Numbered from the stretch's first letter, positions 1-8,822 are shown. The stretch: 32,000 nt of DNA from an uncultured Nitriliruptorales bacterium (GCA_963735045.1 CAVTIZ010000003.1:419717-451716), one strand, 5' to 3'. Numbers and translations are program-made. The notes: generated by a model from the letters alone, not told the origin.

Positions 1-33
1 GGGCAGGTCAGCGGTGTGGAGCCCCAGCCTAGG

Positions 34-58
34 GCGACCGGGCCGTCGGCCCGGTCGC
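34..58. terminator. Perfect GC-rich hairpin, possibly the terminator of a gene lying left of the window
   Basis: 34-44 GCGACCGGGCC is the exact reverse complement of 48-58 GGCCCGGTCGC, with a 3-nt loop. There is no U-tract, so terminator function is only inferred. Confidence 0.35.
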
Positions 59-177
59 GCCAGCCCGCGGTGGCACGGCCCGATCGGCTGCCCGGCAGGT
101 GCAGGTGCGGCGGCCGGCGGCCTATCCTCGGATAGTGTCCCCTCCTGCCACCGGACCGAGAACGAGGACGCCACCCC

Positions 178-501
178 ATGACCTACACGATCGCGGAACC
201 GTGCATCGACGTCAAGGACAAGGCCTGCATCGAGGAATGTCCGGTGGACTGCATCTACGAGGGGCCCCGGATGCTCTACATCCACCCCGAGGAGTGCATC
301 GACTGCGGCGCGTGTGAGCCGGTGTGCCCCGTGGAGGCGATCTTCTACGAAGACGACGTCCCCGACGAGTGGGACGAGTTCACCCCGATCAACGCCGAGT
401 TCTTCGACGACGAGGTGTCGGGCCTGGGCTCGCCCGGTGGCTATGCCGGCGTCGGCGCCGTGGACGTCGACCACCCCAAGATCGTCGACTGGGAGATGTG
501 A
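178..501 (+). CDS. fdxA: FdxA-type 7Fe ferredoxin (3Fe-4S + 4Fe-4S), copy 1, 107 aa
   Basis: The N-terminal MTYTIAEPCIDVKDKACIEECPVDCIYEG and the CIDCGACEPVCPVEAI cysteine pattern are typical of actinobacterial 7Fe ferredoxins. GAGGA lies 9 nt upstream of ATG 178. Confidence 0.92.
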   Translation: MTYTIAEPCIDVKDKACIEECPVDCIYEGPRMLYIHPEECIDCGACEPVCPVEAIFYEDDVPDEWDEFTPINAEFFDDEVSGLGSPGGYAGVGAVDVDHPKIVDWEM

Positions 502-504
502 TCG

Positions 505-554
505 CGTGACCGGGGGCCACCCGCATGCACCGGCGGGAGTGACACCCGGTCACG
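505..554 (+). other. Nested stem-loop in the spacer between the two ferredoxin genes (possible terminator or processing site)
   Basis: CGTGACCGGG (505-514) is the exact reverse complement of CCCGGTCACG (545-554). Inside the 30-nt loop, CCCGC (520-524) pairs with GCGGG (533-537). The element starts 4 nt after the fdxA copy 1 stop. Confidence 0.3.
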
Positions 555-690
555 ATGGCGTTGGCACCCCCGCCGTCGTGCTGCGGCCAACGACCGGGGC
601 CCGCGAGCCGGTACCGTTCCACAATGGCCCGGCCGTCGCACGGCCCGCGCCACGCCGACCCTCGCACCAGCCTCCGGAGGACCCCACGCC

Positions 691-1026
691 ATGACCTACG
701 TCATCGCCGAACCCTGTGTCGACGTCAAGGACAAGGCCTGCGTCGAGGAGTGCCCCGTCGACTGCATCTACGAGGGGGACCGCAGCCTGTACATCCACCC
801 CGGTGAGTGCATCGACTGCGCCGCCTGTGAACCGGCCTGCCCGGTCGAGGCGATCTTCTACGCCGACGACGTGCCCGACGAGTGGTCGCAGTTCACGGCG
901 TGGAACGCCGAGTTCTTCGACGACGACTACACCGGCCTGGGCTCGCCCGGAGGCGCGGCCGAGGTCGGCGCCACCAAGGCCGACCACCCCAAGGTCGCCG
1001 AGTGGGAGATCACCTCGCCGGCATGA
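691..1026 (+). CDS. fdxA: FdxA-type 7Fe ferredoxin, copy 2, 111 aa (tandem paralog)
   Basis: It has the same cysteine architecture as copy 1 (EPCVDVKDKACVEECPVDC ... CIDCAACEPACPVEAI). By hand count, 82 of 107 aligned residues are identical to copy 1. Confidence 0.92.
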   Translation: MTYVIAEPCVDVKDKACVEECPVDCIYEGDRSLYIHPGECIDCAACEPACPVEAIFYADDVPDEWSQFTAWNAEFFDDDYTGLGSPGGAAEVGATKADHPKVAEWEITSPA

Positions 1027-1904
1027 CCGACCCCGCCACCGACGGGCCGCCGGACGACCGGCCCCGCGACGAGACCGCCACGAGCCCTCGGGAGACCGGG
1101 GGCTCGTCGCGTGCCGGTGGGTCCGGGTTGGGTGGACCCCTCGGTGACCTCGGCGGCGTCCTCGGCCCCCCTGACGACCCCCCCGACGACAGCCCCCCCG
1201 ACGGTCCCGACGACGGCCCCGACGTGACCGCAGCGGCGGCCGGCGTGCTGCGGGACCAGGCCACGGCGTGGTTCGAGCCGCTGTACCGCGACGCCGACGG
1301 CAACCCGGCCGTGGTTCCCTGGGCGCGCCTGGAGCCGGAGCCGCTCGTGCACGCGTGGCTGGACCAGCCCGGGCTGGACGTCGCCGGGGTCGACGTCGTC
1401 GTCGTCGGGTGTGGCCTGGGCGACGACGCCGCGGAGTTGGCTCGCCGCGGGTGTCGCGTGACCGCCTTCGACGTCTCGCCGACGGCCGTGGACTGGGCCC
1501 GTGATCGCTTCCCCGACCTGTCGGTGGACACCCCGACTGCCGGGAGGATCACCTGGGAGGTCGCCGACGTGCTGGACCTGCCCGACCACCTCGTCGGGGC
1601 CTTCGGGTTGGTCGTGGAGGTCCGCACCGTCCAGTCGCTGCCCGGCACGGTCCGCGACGACGCCATGCTGGGCATCGCGTCGTTGGTCGGCCCCGGCGGG
1701 TACCTGGTCGCCACGACCCTGGTGGCGACCTCCGACGAGGCGGCGTCGCGGGTCCAGGGCCCGCCCTGGGCCCAGGCCCCGGCCGAGCTGGCCGCCTACC
1801 GGGCCGGTGGGTTGGAACGCGTGTCGCTGGACCACCCCCCCGAACCGGCCGGCGACGCCATGGCGGTGCGACTGGTGTTCCACCGACGGGTGCCACCGAC
1901 GTGA
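1023..1904 (+). CDS. Class I SAM-dependent methyltransferase with an N-terminal Asp/Pro/Gly-rich extension of roughly 70-85 aa
   Basis: It carries the SAM-binding motif I (VVVVGCGLGDDAAELARRGCRVTAFDVSPTAV). ATG 1023 overlaps the ferredoxin stop (ATGA). The third codon positions of the extension are GC-rich, consistent with coding. GTG near 1225 is an alternative start. Confidence 0.8.
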   Translation: MTDPATDGPPDDRPRDETATSPRETGGSSRAGGSGLGGPLGDLGGVLGPPDDPPDDSPPDGPDDGPDVTAAAAGVLRDQATAWFEPLYRDADGNPAVVPWARLEPEPLVHAWLDQPGLDVAGVDVVVVGCGLGDDAAELARRGCRVTAFDVSPTAVDWARDRFPDLSVDTPTAGRITWEVADVLDLPDHLVGAFGLVVEVRTVQSLPGTVRDDAMLGIASLVGPGGYLVATTLVATSDEAASRVQGPPWAQAPAELAAYRAGGLERVSLDHPPEPAGDAMAVRLVFHRRVPPT

Positions 1905-1910
1905 CCGTCC

Positions 1911-2438
1911 TCAGGCGGGGTCCGGGCGTGGCAGGGCGGCCAGGACGTCGGCGGGACCGACCTCGAGCGCGTCGAGGACGTCACGAGCCCGCGAGGCGCG
2001 CGACACGACCAACCCGGCGAGCAGGTGCGCGGAGGTCAACCGACGGTCCCGGCGGTCGGTGGCGACCGGCACGGCGGCCTCGATCGCGACCCGAGCCTCG
2101 GGGGTCAGGCGTGTCCGTCGTCGTCGCACCGGGGCCGTGCCGGCGGTGACGTCGCCGGCCGAGCGGACCCGGTCCACGTCGATCCCGAGGCTGGCCAGGG
2201 CCACGGGATCAGGTCCCTCGGGGTCCTCGCCGCGACCGGCGATGCGCCGTCTGACCTCGTCCTCGACGGCGTCGCGAGACACCCCGAGGGCGGCGAGCAG
2301 GTCCGCTCCCGGCCCGTGTCCCCGGGCGATCCCGACCAGCAGGTGTTCGCTGCCCACGGCCTCGTGACCCCAGTCGCGGGCCGCGTCGACGCCGCGCCGG
2401 ATGCTTCGATTCGCCTCGCGTGCGCGTCCCGGTCTCAT
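1911..2438 (-). CDS. Stand-alone Clp N-terminal (Clp_N/ClpR repeat) domain protein, 175 aa
   Basis: It has two Clp_N-type repeats (GSEHLLVGIARG...LGVSRDAVEDEV and LTSAHLLAGLVVS...DVLDALEVGPADV). No AAA+ module follows. Confidence 0.8.
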   Translation of the reverse strand: MRPGRAREANRSIRRGVDAARDWGHEAVGSEHLLVGIARGHGPGADLLAALGVSRDAVEDEVRRRIAGRGEDPEGPDPVALASLGIDVDRVRSAGDVTAGTAPVRRRRTRLTPEARVAIEAAVPVATDRRDRRLTSAHLLAGLVVSRASRARDVLDALEVGPADVLAALPRPDPA

Positions 2439-2638
2439 GCGGTCCTCCGGTGCTTCTTGTGGGCCGCCTGGCCGCTGACCCCGAGGGCGGCGCCGACGTC
2501 ACGCCAGCTCCAGCCGGCATCTCGGGCTCGCCGGACCTGGGCGCGTTCCAGCTCGTCGGCCAGCCCGCGCAGCGACGCCACGGCGCGCAGTCCCACGGCG
2601 GGGTCCGGCGCCTCGAGTGCGGTCTCCAGTTCGGTCAT
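2435..2638 (-). CDS. Small helix-turn-helix protein (about 67 aa), translationally coupled to the Clp_N gene
   Basis: It has an HTH-like C-terminus (WSWRDVGAALGVSGQAAHKKH). Its stop overlaps the Clp_N start by 4 nt. GGAGG lies 5 nt upstream of ATG 2638. ATG 2650 is an alternative start; the TTG at 2701 is unlikely. Confidence 0.65.
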   Translation of the reverse strand: MTELETALEAPDPAVGLRAVASLRGLADELERAQVRRARDAGWSWRDVGAALGVSGQAAHKKHRRTA

Positions 2639-2672
2639 GTCCACCTCCATGTCCACCCGTTCGGTTTCGACT

Positions 2673-2722
2673 GGTGTCAACCTAGGATGACACCGGCGCA
2701 ACTGTCAACAAAGGTTGATGGA
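2673..2722. promoter_or_regulatory. Two operator-like palindromes overlapping the -10 and -35 boxes
   Basis: Site 1 is GGTGTCAACCTAGGATGACACC (2673-2694), which is self-complementary at 20 of 22 positions. Site 2 (2701-2722) contains TCAAC-AAAG-GTTGA and shares the TGTCAAC half-site. Their centres are 28 bp apart. Confidence 0.4.
2679..2708 (-). promoter_or_regulatory. Sigma-70/SigA-like promoter for the HTH/Clp_N operon
   Basis: The minus strand reads TTGACA (plus-strand coordinates 2703-2708), an 18-nt spacer, then TAGGTT (2679-2684). This places a transcription start near 2672, giving a 5'UTR of about 34 nt to ATG 2638. Confidence 0.5.
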
Positions 2723-2907
2723 CCCGGACGCAGGTGTCCACGCGCCCCCACGGCTGGACCGGGGCTGCCGTGTCGGCACACGTCGCAATCCGCGTGGTGT
2801 GGCGGGGGCGGGTCCGTGCCGGGACGGTGGGGAATGCCCCTCGGCGGTGGGTGCGTTCGCCCCACCCCCGGACGTGGTCCGGGTCCGTTCGCTCCCGGAG
2901 GTCCACC

Positions 2908-3948
2908 ATGCACACGCCCACGGACGCCGTCCTCCAGCAGGTCGAGCTCGGCCGGGTGTGGCAGACCGTCGACCCGTTCCTGTTCTGTGTCCACCACGAC
3001 GACGACTACCCCGAGGGCGACGAGGAACTGGGCCCGTGCGCCCCCCTGGTCGGTCGCTCCATCGGGATGGACTTCTCCGGACGCGACGGCTGGTCGATGT
3101 ACCACGGGTCGCTGGTGCCGGGGTTCCCGCAGCACCCGCACCGGGGGTTCGAGACGATCTCGTTCATGCGTGGTGGATTCATGGACCACTCCGACTCGCT
3201 GGGCGCGGCGGCCCGCTTCGGTCGCGGCGACGTGCAGTGGATGACGGCCGGGTCGGGGATCGTCCACGCCGAGATGTTCCCGCTGCTCAACGACCACGAC
3301 CGCAACCCGACCGAGCTGTTCCAGATCTGGATCAACCTGCCGGCCCGGGACAAGATGGTCCCCCCACACTTCGCGATGCTGTGGGGCCACGAGATCCCGC
3401 GCCACACCGTGCTGGACCAGGCCGGTCGTGCCACCACCATCACCGTCGTCGCGGGCCAACTCGCGCCGGGTTCCCCCCCGCCGGCGCCGCCACCCCACTC
3501 GTGGGCGTCCCGGCCCGACGCCGACGTCGCCATCTGGCACCTCGACGTGACCGCTGACGGCACGTGGACCCTGCCACCGGCCAACCACCCCGACACCGTG
3601 CGCACCCTGTACGTGTTCGGCGACGGCAGCCTGCGGATCGGCGGGACCGAGGTCACCGGTGGCCACGGTGCCGTCCTGGCGTGCGACGTCCCGGTCACGA
3701 TCGCCGACGACACCGGCAGTGGCACCGAGGCGCTGGTGCTGCAGGGCCGGCCGATCGGGGAACCGGTGGTGCAGTACGGCCCGTTCGTGATGAACGACCA
3801 GCGCCAGATCCAGCAGGCCTACGCCGACTACCAGGACACCGGCTTCGGCGGCTGGCCGTGGCCGGCCAACGACCCCAACCACGGTCCCGAGCCACGTCGT
3901 TTCGCGCGGCATGCCGACGGCCGCGTGGAGGAGCTCGCCGGGGCCTGA
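2908..3948 (+). CDS. Pirin family protein (bicupin), 346 aa
   Basis: It has the pirin metal-binding motif HPHRGFETISFMRGGFMDHSDSLG...GDVQWMTAGSGIVHAEMFP. GGAGG precedes ATG 2908. The 2734 start in the ORF track adds an Arg-rich, non-homologous extension. Confidence 0.9.
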   Translation: MHTPTDAVLQQVELGRVWQTVDPFLFCVHHDDDYPEGDEELGPCAPLVGRSIGMDFSGRDGWSMYHGSLVPGFPQHPHRGFETISFMRGGFMDHSDSLGAAARFGRGDVQWMTAGSGIVHAEMFPLLNDHDRNPTELFQIWINLPARDKMVPPHFAMLWGHEIPRHTVLDQAGRATTITVVAGQLAPGSPPPAPPPHSWASRPDADVAIWHLDVTADGTWTLPPANHPDTVRTLYVFGDGSLRIGGTEVTGGHGAVLACDVPVTIADDTGSGTEALVLQGRPIGEPVVQYGPFVMNDQRQIQQAYADYQDTGFGGWPWPANDPNHGPEPRRFARHADGRVEELAGA

Positions 3949-3975
3949 CCGCGACCACGGGCGGCGGGTCGCCGA

Positions 3976-4842
3976 CTACTCGACGTGGCGGAAGCGGTGG
4001 GTGCTCCAGGGGACGAACACCACGAGCAACGCGATGCTCCAGGCCACGGTCTTGAGCGTGGGGGCCAGGACCGGCCCGGTGACGGCCAGCCCGCGAGCGG
4101 CGTCGGCCGCGGCGGTGATGGGCGAGTTGCGGGCCAGGAAGGCCAGCCAGGGGATGCTGATCGACTCGGTCGGCACGAACACGCTGGACACGAACGACAG
4201 CGGGAAGGCGAACACGAACGCGGCCGACTGGGCCGACTCGGCGCCGGGCACGTGCAGGGCCAACCACACGAACACCCACGACAACGAGTAGCCCAGGACG
4301 CACACGATCCCGATCGCGCCGATCGCCCCCGCGACGCTGGTGAACCGGAAGCCGACCAGCATGCCCACCAGCGCCATCAGCACGATCACGGCCAGGCTGC
4401 GCACGAGGTCGGCGACGGTGCGCCCGATCAGCACCCCGGACCGCGACATGGGCATCGACCGGAACCGGTCCACGACCCCCTTGTCGAGGTCGTCGGCCAG
4501 CCCCACGGCCGTCTGGGTCATCCGGAACACCGTGGACTGCACGAAGATCCCGGGCATCACGAACGCGAGGTAGGTGGGGAAGCCGTCGGGGAGCGCGCCC
4601 CGGACGGCGCCGTCGAACACGTACCCGAACAGCAGCACGAACATCACGGGCTGGATGGTGGAGAAGATCAGCAGGCGGGGCAGCCGGGTGAAGTGCTTGA
4701 GGTTGCGCTTGCCGATGGTCCAGCCGTCGGCCAACGCCGCCACGAGGCCGTGGCGCTGGCGACGCTGGAGCGGGGCGCCGTCGGAGCCGTCGCGGCCGGC
4801 GCCGATGCTGCGGGGCTGGTCGTCCCTGGTCGTGGTGGTCAT
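3976..4842 (-). CDS. ABC-2 type exporter permease (DrrB-like), 288 aa
   Basis: It is a six-TM-like hydrophobic protein, and its start overlaps the stop of the upstream ATPase gene (ATGA at 4839-4842). Confidence 0.85.
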   Translation of the reverse strand: MTTTTRDDQPRSIGAGRDGSDGAPLQRRQRHGLVAALADGWTIGKRNLKHFTRLPRLLIFSTIQPVMFVLLFGYVFDGAVRGALPDGFPTYLAFVMPGIFVQSTVFRMTQTAVGLADDLDKGVVDRFRSMPMSRSGVLIGRTVADLVRSLAVIVLMALVGMLVGFRFTSVAGAIGAIGIVCVLGYSLSWVFVWLALHVPGAESAQSAAFVFAFPLSFVSSVFVPTESISIPWLAFLARNSPITAAADAARGLAVTGPVLAPTLKTVAWSIALLVVFVPWSTHRFRHVE

Positions 4843-6008
4843 GCCGACCGGCCCCGGGGAGTGTCGTCGGGGGTGGCGTCGGGGGCGGCGTCCGGGCCGT
4901 GGTCCCGAGCCGGGTGGCTCGGGGACCCGTCGTCGGACGCGGTGACGGGTTGTCCGGTCAGTTGGAGGAAGACCTCGTCGAGGCTGGCCCGACGAAGGCC
5001 GAGGTCGGTGACGCCGATGTCGGCATCCTGCAGGGCCGCCGCCACCCGTTGCACGGTCCCCAACCCCGACGACGAGTCGGTCGGGACCTCCAGGTCCGCG
5101 GTCGCCCCGGCGACACCGCGGGGGGACAGGCCGGCCGCCGACAGCACGTCGCAGGCCTCACCGACCCGGTCGGTGGCGTCCAGCAGCACCTCCACGGTGA
5201 TCCCGCCGGCGTTGGCCTTGAGTTCGTTGCCGGTGCCGTCGGCGATGATGCGGCCGTGGTCGATGACCACGATGCGGTCGGCCAACTGGTCGGCCTCCTC
5301 GAGGTACTGGGTCGTCAGCAGCAGGGTGGTCCCGGCACCGACCAGTTCCCGGATCACGTCCCACATCTGGTTGCGGGTCCGTGGGTCCAGCCCGGTCGTG
5401 GGCTCGTCCAGGAACAGCAGTCGGGTCGGCACCACCAGGCTCGACGCCAGGTCCAGGCGCCGGCGCATGCCACCGGAGTAGGTGGACGCGCGTCGGTCTG
5501 CGGCGTCGACCAGGTCGAAGCGCTCGAGCAGTTCGTCGGCCCGGGTCCGGGCCGAGCCGGGGGTGAGCTGGAGCAGGCTGCCGAACATGACCAGGTTCTC
5601 GCGCCCGGTCAGCAGCCCGTCCACCGCCGCGGACTGACCGGTGAGGGCGAGGTGGCGACGGACGACGTCGGGTTCCGCGACGACGTCGTGGCCGAAGATC
5701 CTGGCCTGCCCGGAGGTCGGCGCCAACAGCGTCGCGAGCACCCGGACCAGCGTGGTCTTGCCGGCACCGTTGGGGCCGAGCAGGCCGACGACACCACCGG
5801 GTGGCACGACCAGGTCGACGTCGTCGAGCGCGACCGTGTCGCCGAAGCGCTTGCCCAGCCCGATGACCTCGATCGCCGCGGCGGCCCCACCGGTGGCGGG
5901 GGAGGTGGGGGTGGGGGCGGTCGACGTCGTCACCCGCGGCACCGTATCCGGCCGGCCCTGGCACACGACCGACCACCCCGCCGCCCCGCCCGTCCCCACG
6001 GGCGACAC
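4839..6008 (-). CDS. ABC transporter ATP-binding protein (DrrA-like) with an acidic Pro/Asp-rich C-terminal tail
   Basis: It has Walker A GPNGAGKTT, signature YSGGMRRRLDLA and Walker B LLFLDEPTTGLD. The start is uncertain: GTG 6008 or GTG 5933. Confidence 0.85.
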   Translation of the reverse strand: MSPVGTGGAAGWSVVCQGRPDTVPRVTTSTAPTPTSPATGGAAAAIEVIGLGKRFGDTVALDDVDLVVPPGGVVGLLGPNGAGKTTLVRVLATLLAPTSGQARIFGHDVVAEPDVVRRHLALTGQSAAVDGLLTGRENLVMFGSLLQLTPGSARTRADELLERFDLVDAADRRASTYSGGMRRRLDLASSLVVPTRLLFLDEPTTGLDPRTRNQMWDVIRELVGAGTTLLLTTQYLEEADQLADRIVVIDHGRIIADGTGNELKANAGGITVEVLLDATDRVGEACDVLSAAGLSPRGVAGATADLEVPTDSSSGLGTVQRVAAALQDADIGVTDLGLRRASLDEVFLQLTGQPVTASDDGSPSHPARDHGPDAAPDATPDDTPRGRSA

Positions 6009-6113
6009 GTGGTCGATCCCGCGGACGGCCCGGTGGACGGGCCACGGGGCTGGTTGACTGGGCAGCCCGGAACCCGCGCCGCGGGTACCGGTCGATCGAC
6101 GAGGGAGCAGGGA

Positions 6114-7055
6114 ATGTCACAGGTCGCGGGCGTGGACATCGGTGGCACCAACATCACGGCGGCACTGGTCGACGACGACCACCAGGTGTCGGACGCCGAG
6201 AAGGTCAGCACGCCCACCGAGGGCCCCGACGCGGTGCTGTCGGCCGTGGTCGACCTGGTTCGGGGCCTGGACGAACGACCCTCCGCCGTCGGGGTCGGCA
6301 TGCCCGGTCCGGTCGACGACGGCGTCGTCAGCCACCCGCCCAACCTCACCGGCTGGGAGGACCCGGTCGATGTCGGGAGTCGCCTGTCCGACGCCCTGGA
6401 GCTGCCCGTCGCGGTCGGCAACGACGTCAACGTGGCGGTGCTGGGGGAGTGGACCGCCGGTGCCGGCACCGGCGCGCGACACATGCTCGGCGTGTGGATG
6501 GGCACCGGCGTCGGTGGCGGGCTGGTGCTCGACGGTCGGCCCTACACCGGGGCGTTCGGGGGCGCCGGTGAGTTCGGCCACATGATCGTGCGTGCCGGCG
6601 GTGCCCAGTGTGGCTGTGGCCGTCGCGGCTGCCTCGAGGCCTACGCGGGCCGGGCCAACATGGAGCGCTACGCGCTGCGGGCCGCGGCGAAGGGGTTCGA
6701 GACCGAACTGCTGGAGATCCGCGACGACAAGGGCAAGGACCGGATGACGTCCAGCGTGTGGCACAAGGCGATCGGCAACGACGACCCGCTGGCGACCAGG
6801 ATCCTGGGCGAGGCCGTGGAGGCCGTGGCCATCGGGATCGCGTCGGCGATCAACCTGCTGGACCTGGACCGCATCGTGTTGGGCGGTGGCTTGGCCGAGA
6901 AGATGGGCGACGACCTGGTCGAGCGCCTCGAGGTCGCGATCGAGCCGCACGTGTTCCTGCCGGGCGACCGCGACATCGTGGTCGCCGAACTCGAGGACGA
7001 TGGCGGGATGGTGGGTGCCGCCGCCCTCGGACGCGCGGCGATGCTCCTGCGCTGA
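6114..7055 (+). CDS. ROK family sugar kinase, probably glucokinase, 313 aa
   Basis: It has the N-terminal ATP-binding VAGVDIGGTNI and the ROK zinc motif GHMIV...CGCGRRGCLEAYAG. The upstream part of ORF 4899-7055 is antisense to the ABC ATPase and was discarded. Confidence 0.9.
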   Translation: MSQVAGVDIGGTNITAALVDDDHQVSDAEKVSTPTEGPDAVLSAVVDLVRGLDERPSAVGVGMPGPVDDGVVSHPPNLTGWEDPVDVGSRLSDALELPVAVGNDVNVAVLGEWTAGAGTGARHMLGVWMGTGVGGGLVLDGRPYTGAFGGAGEFGHMIVRAGGAQCGCGRRGCLEAYAGRANMERYALRAAAKGFETELLEIRDDKGKDRMTSSVWHKAIGNDDPLATRILGEAVEAVAIGIASAINLLDLDRIVLGGGLAEKMGDDLVERLEVAIEPHVFLPGDRDIVVAELEDDGGMVGAAALGRAAMLLR

Positions 7056-7061
7056 CCGGGC

Positions 7062-7625
7062 TCAGGCGCCGGAGAAGGACACCAGGGTGTGCACGTCGAG
7101 GCCCTGGTCCTCGAGCCGTCGGCGGCCACCGAGTTCGGGCAGGTCGACCACGAAGGCACAGTGCACGACCCGCGCGCCCAGCTGGCGGACCAGCGTGGCA
7201 GCGGCCTCGGCGGTGCCGCCGGTGGCGAGCAGGTCGTCCACCACCAACACCTGTTCGCCCGGCGAGGCCGCGTCCGTGTGCACCTCCACCTCCGCCGACC
7301 CGTACTCCAACTCGTAGCTGCGGGCGATCGTGTCGGCGGGCAGCTTGCCCTTCTTGCGGATGCTCATGACCCCGGCGCCGAGACGATCGGCCAGGGCCCC
7401 CGCCAGCAGGAAGCCGCGTGCCTCGATTCCGGCCACCTGGTCCAGGTCGGCATCGGCGAACGCCACGGCCAGCCGGTCCACGGTCGCGCGCCAGCCCACC
7501 GGGTCCGCGAACAGGGTCGTGACGTCGCGGAACTGGATGCCCGGTTCGGGGAAGTCCGGGATGGTGCGGATCAGGTCGCGGAGGTCGACGCCGTCCGGGG
7601 ACGGGGCATTGGGCGAGCGAGTCAT
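7062..7625 (-). CDS. apt: Adenine phosphoribosyltransferase, 187 aa
   Basis: It carries IPDFPEPGIQFRDVTTL and the PRPP-binding motif VLVVDDLLATGGTA. Confidence 0.95.
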   Translation of the reverse strand: MTRSPNAPSPDGVDLRDLIRTIPDFPEPGIQFRDVTTLFADPVGWRATVDRLAVAFADADLDQVAGIEARGFLLAGALADRLGAGVMSIRKKGKLPADTIARSYELEYGSAEVEVHTDAASPGEQVLVVDDLLATGGTAEAAATLVRQLGARVVHCAFVVDLPELGGRRRLEDQGLDVHTLVSFSGA

Positions 7626-7674
7626 GGGCCGGCCTGTGGGAGGTCAGTGGTCGGGCGGACCATGGCAGGGTGCC

Positions 7675-8790
7675 TCATGCCGGTGGCATTCGTCCCGGAG
7701 CCGCTGCGCCGGCGGGCACGGCGTCGGACGGCCAGCGCCTGCGCGACACCCGCGACAGCTTGGTCAGCAGGTTCATCGCGACCGGGTCGGACTCACCGGG
7801 TCGGGCCTCGACCAGCCCCGCGTCGATGACCCCCTTCATCCACTCCTCGCCGCGCTCGGTGCGCACCAGGGTCAGGGTCCAGTTGTCGTCGGCGCCGATG
7901 CCGCCGGTGGAGATGTCGGCGTGCTCGGCGGCGAAGTCCGGGCACAGCTTGCACCCGGGCCGGGTGTGGGGATGGAACAGCTTGAGCGGCAGTTCCTCGT
8001 AGGACCCGTCGCGCAGCCACACCATGTAGCGGCCCTTGATGTTGACCTTGACGACGTCGTCGATGCTGATGCCATGGTCGGCAAGGACCTGCTTCTGGCC
8101 GTCGTAGGTGAACGTCTTGGAGCACAGCAGCCCGATCGTCAACGCGATCCTGCGCAGGTACTTGTTGACGCCGTAGGCCGGCAGGGAGCCGTTGATGGAC
8201 GACTGGCAGGACATGCCGACCAGGGCCAGGTTGGTCAGGCCGGCGTCCTCGGCGTCGGCCATCGCCAGGGGGTTGGCCGAGTAGGTGTAGCGCGACCCGG
8301 CCGTGGCCAACACGCCGGCGCGGTCGGTGACCAGGGCCGGCTCGGAGTCGAACGGTCCTCGCTTGTCCACGATCGCCGACGTCAGGGCGCCGTCGATCAT
8401 GCCGTTGTCCAGCCCCCAGATCAGCAGCTGGGACACCAGCCCGCCGTCCTGTCCTGCCTCGTGGATCCCCTCGTCGGTCGCCCGGGTCAGCAGGATCGAC
8501 CGGGTGATGCCGTAGACCTCGTCGGTCTCGCGCGGACGCCCGAACAGGACCTCGTCCAGGTCCGACTCCCAGTTGCGGAAACGCGGGCACGCCCGGGTGC
8601 AGATGTCGCATCCGCGGTCACCGATCGTGCACTGGTCGTAGGCGTGGCCCTCGCCGACCTGGACCGGGAAGTAGTCGTCGGTGTAGCCCAGGACGTCCCG
8701 GGGGCAGGCCATCACGCAGGCCGCGCAGCCCGTGCACAGTCCGGTGTCGACCACCTCGTGGTACAGCTCGCGCCAGTGCACGTCGCCCAT
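7675..8790 (-). CDS. FrhB/FdhB-family (coenzyme F420 hydrogenase/dehydrogenase beta-like) protein with an N-terminal 2x[4Fe-4S] ferredoxin domain, 371 aa
   Basis: It has CTGCAACVMACP and CTIGDRGCDICTRACP cluster motifs, followed by an FrhB-like body (GGLVSQLL..., CSKTFTY..., CKLCPDFAAEHADISTGG). GGAGG precedes ATG 8790. The longer ORF to 9084 overlaps the E1 gene and is Arg-rich noise. Confidence 0.85.
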   Translation of the reverse strand: MGDVHWRELYHEVVDTGLCTGCAACVMACPRDVLGYTDDYFPVQVGEGHAYDQCTIGDRGCDICTRACPRFRNWESDLDEVLFGRPRETDEVYGITRSILLTRATDEGIHEAGQDGGLVSQLLIWGLDNGMIDGALTSAIVDKRGPFDSEPALVTDRAGVLATAGSRYTYSANPLAMADAEDAGLTNLALVGMSCQSSINGSLPAYGVNKYLRRIALTIGLLCSKTFTYDGQKQVLADHGISIDDVVKVNIKGRYMVWLRDGSYEELPLKLFHPHTRPGCKLCPDFAAEHADISTGGIGADDNWTLTLVRTERGEEWMKGVIDAGLVEARPGESDPVAMNLLTKLSRVSRRRWPSDAVPAGAAAPGRMPPA

Positions 8791-8822
8791 GTCGGGTCCT
8801 CCCCGGCAGCCTGCAGCGCAGA

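Noticed and set aside
2734-2907. Longer N-terminal extensions offered by the ORF track: pirin from 2734, the FrhB-like protein from 9084, the [2Fe-2S] protein from 14170, YbaK from 15654, TspO from 16448 and the ROK kinase from 4899.
   Set aside because: The extensions are Arg-rich and have no homology-like motifs. They overlap neighbouring genes or intergenic promoters. In each case an internal ATG or GTG with a Shine-Dalgarno sequence matches the expected family length.
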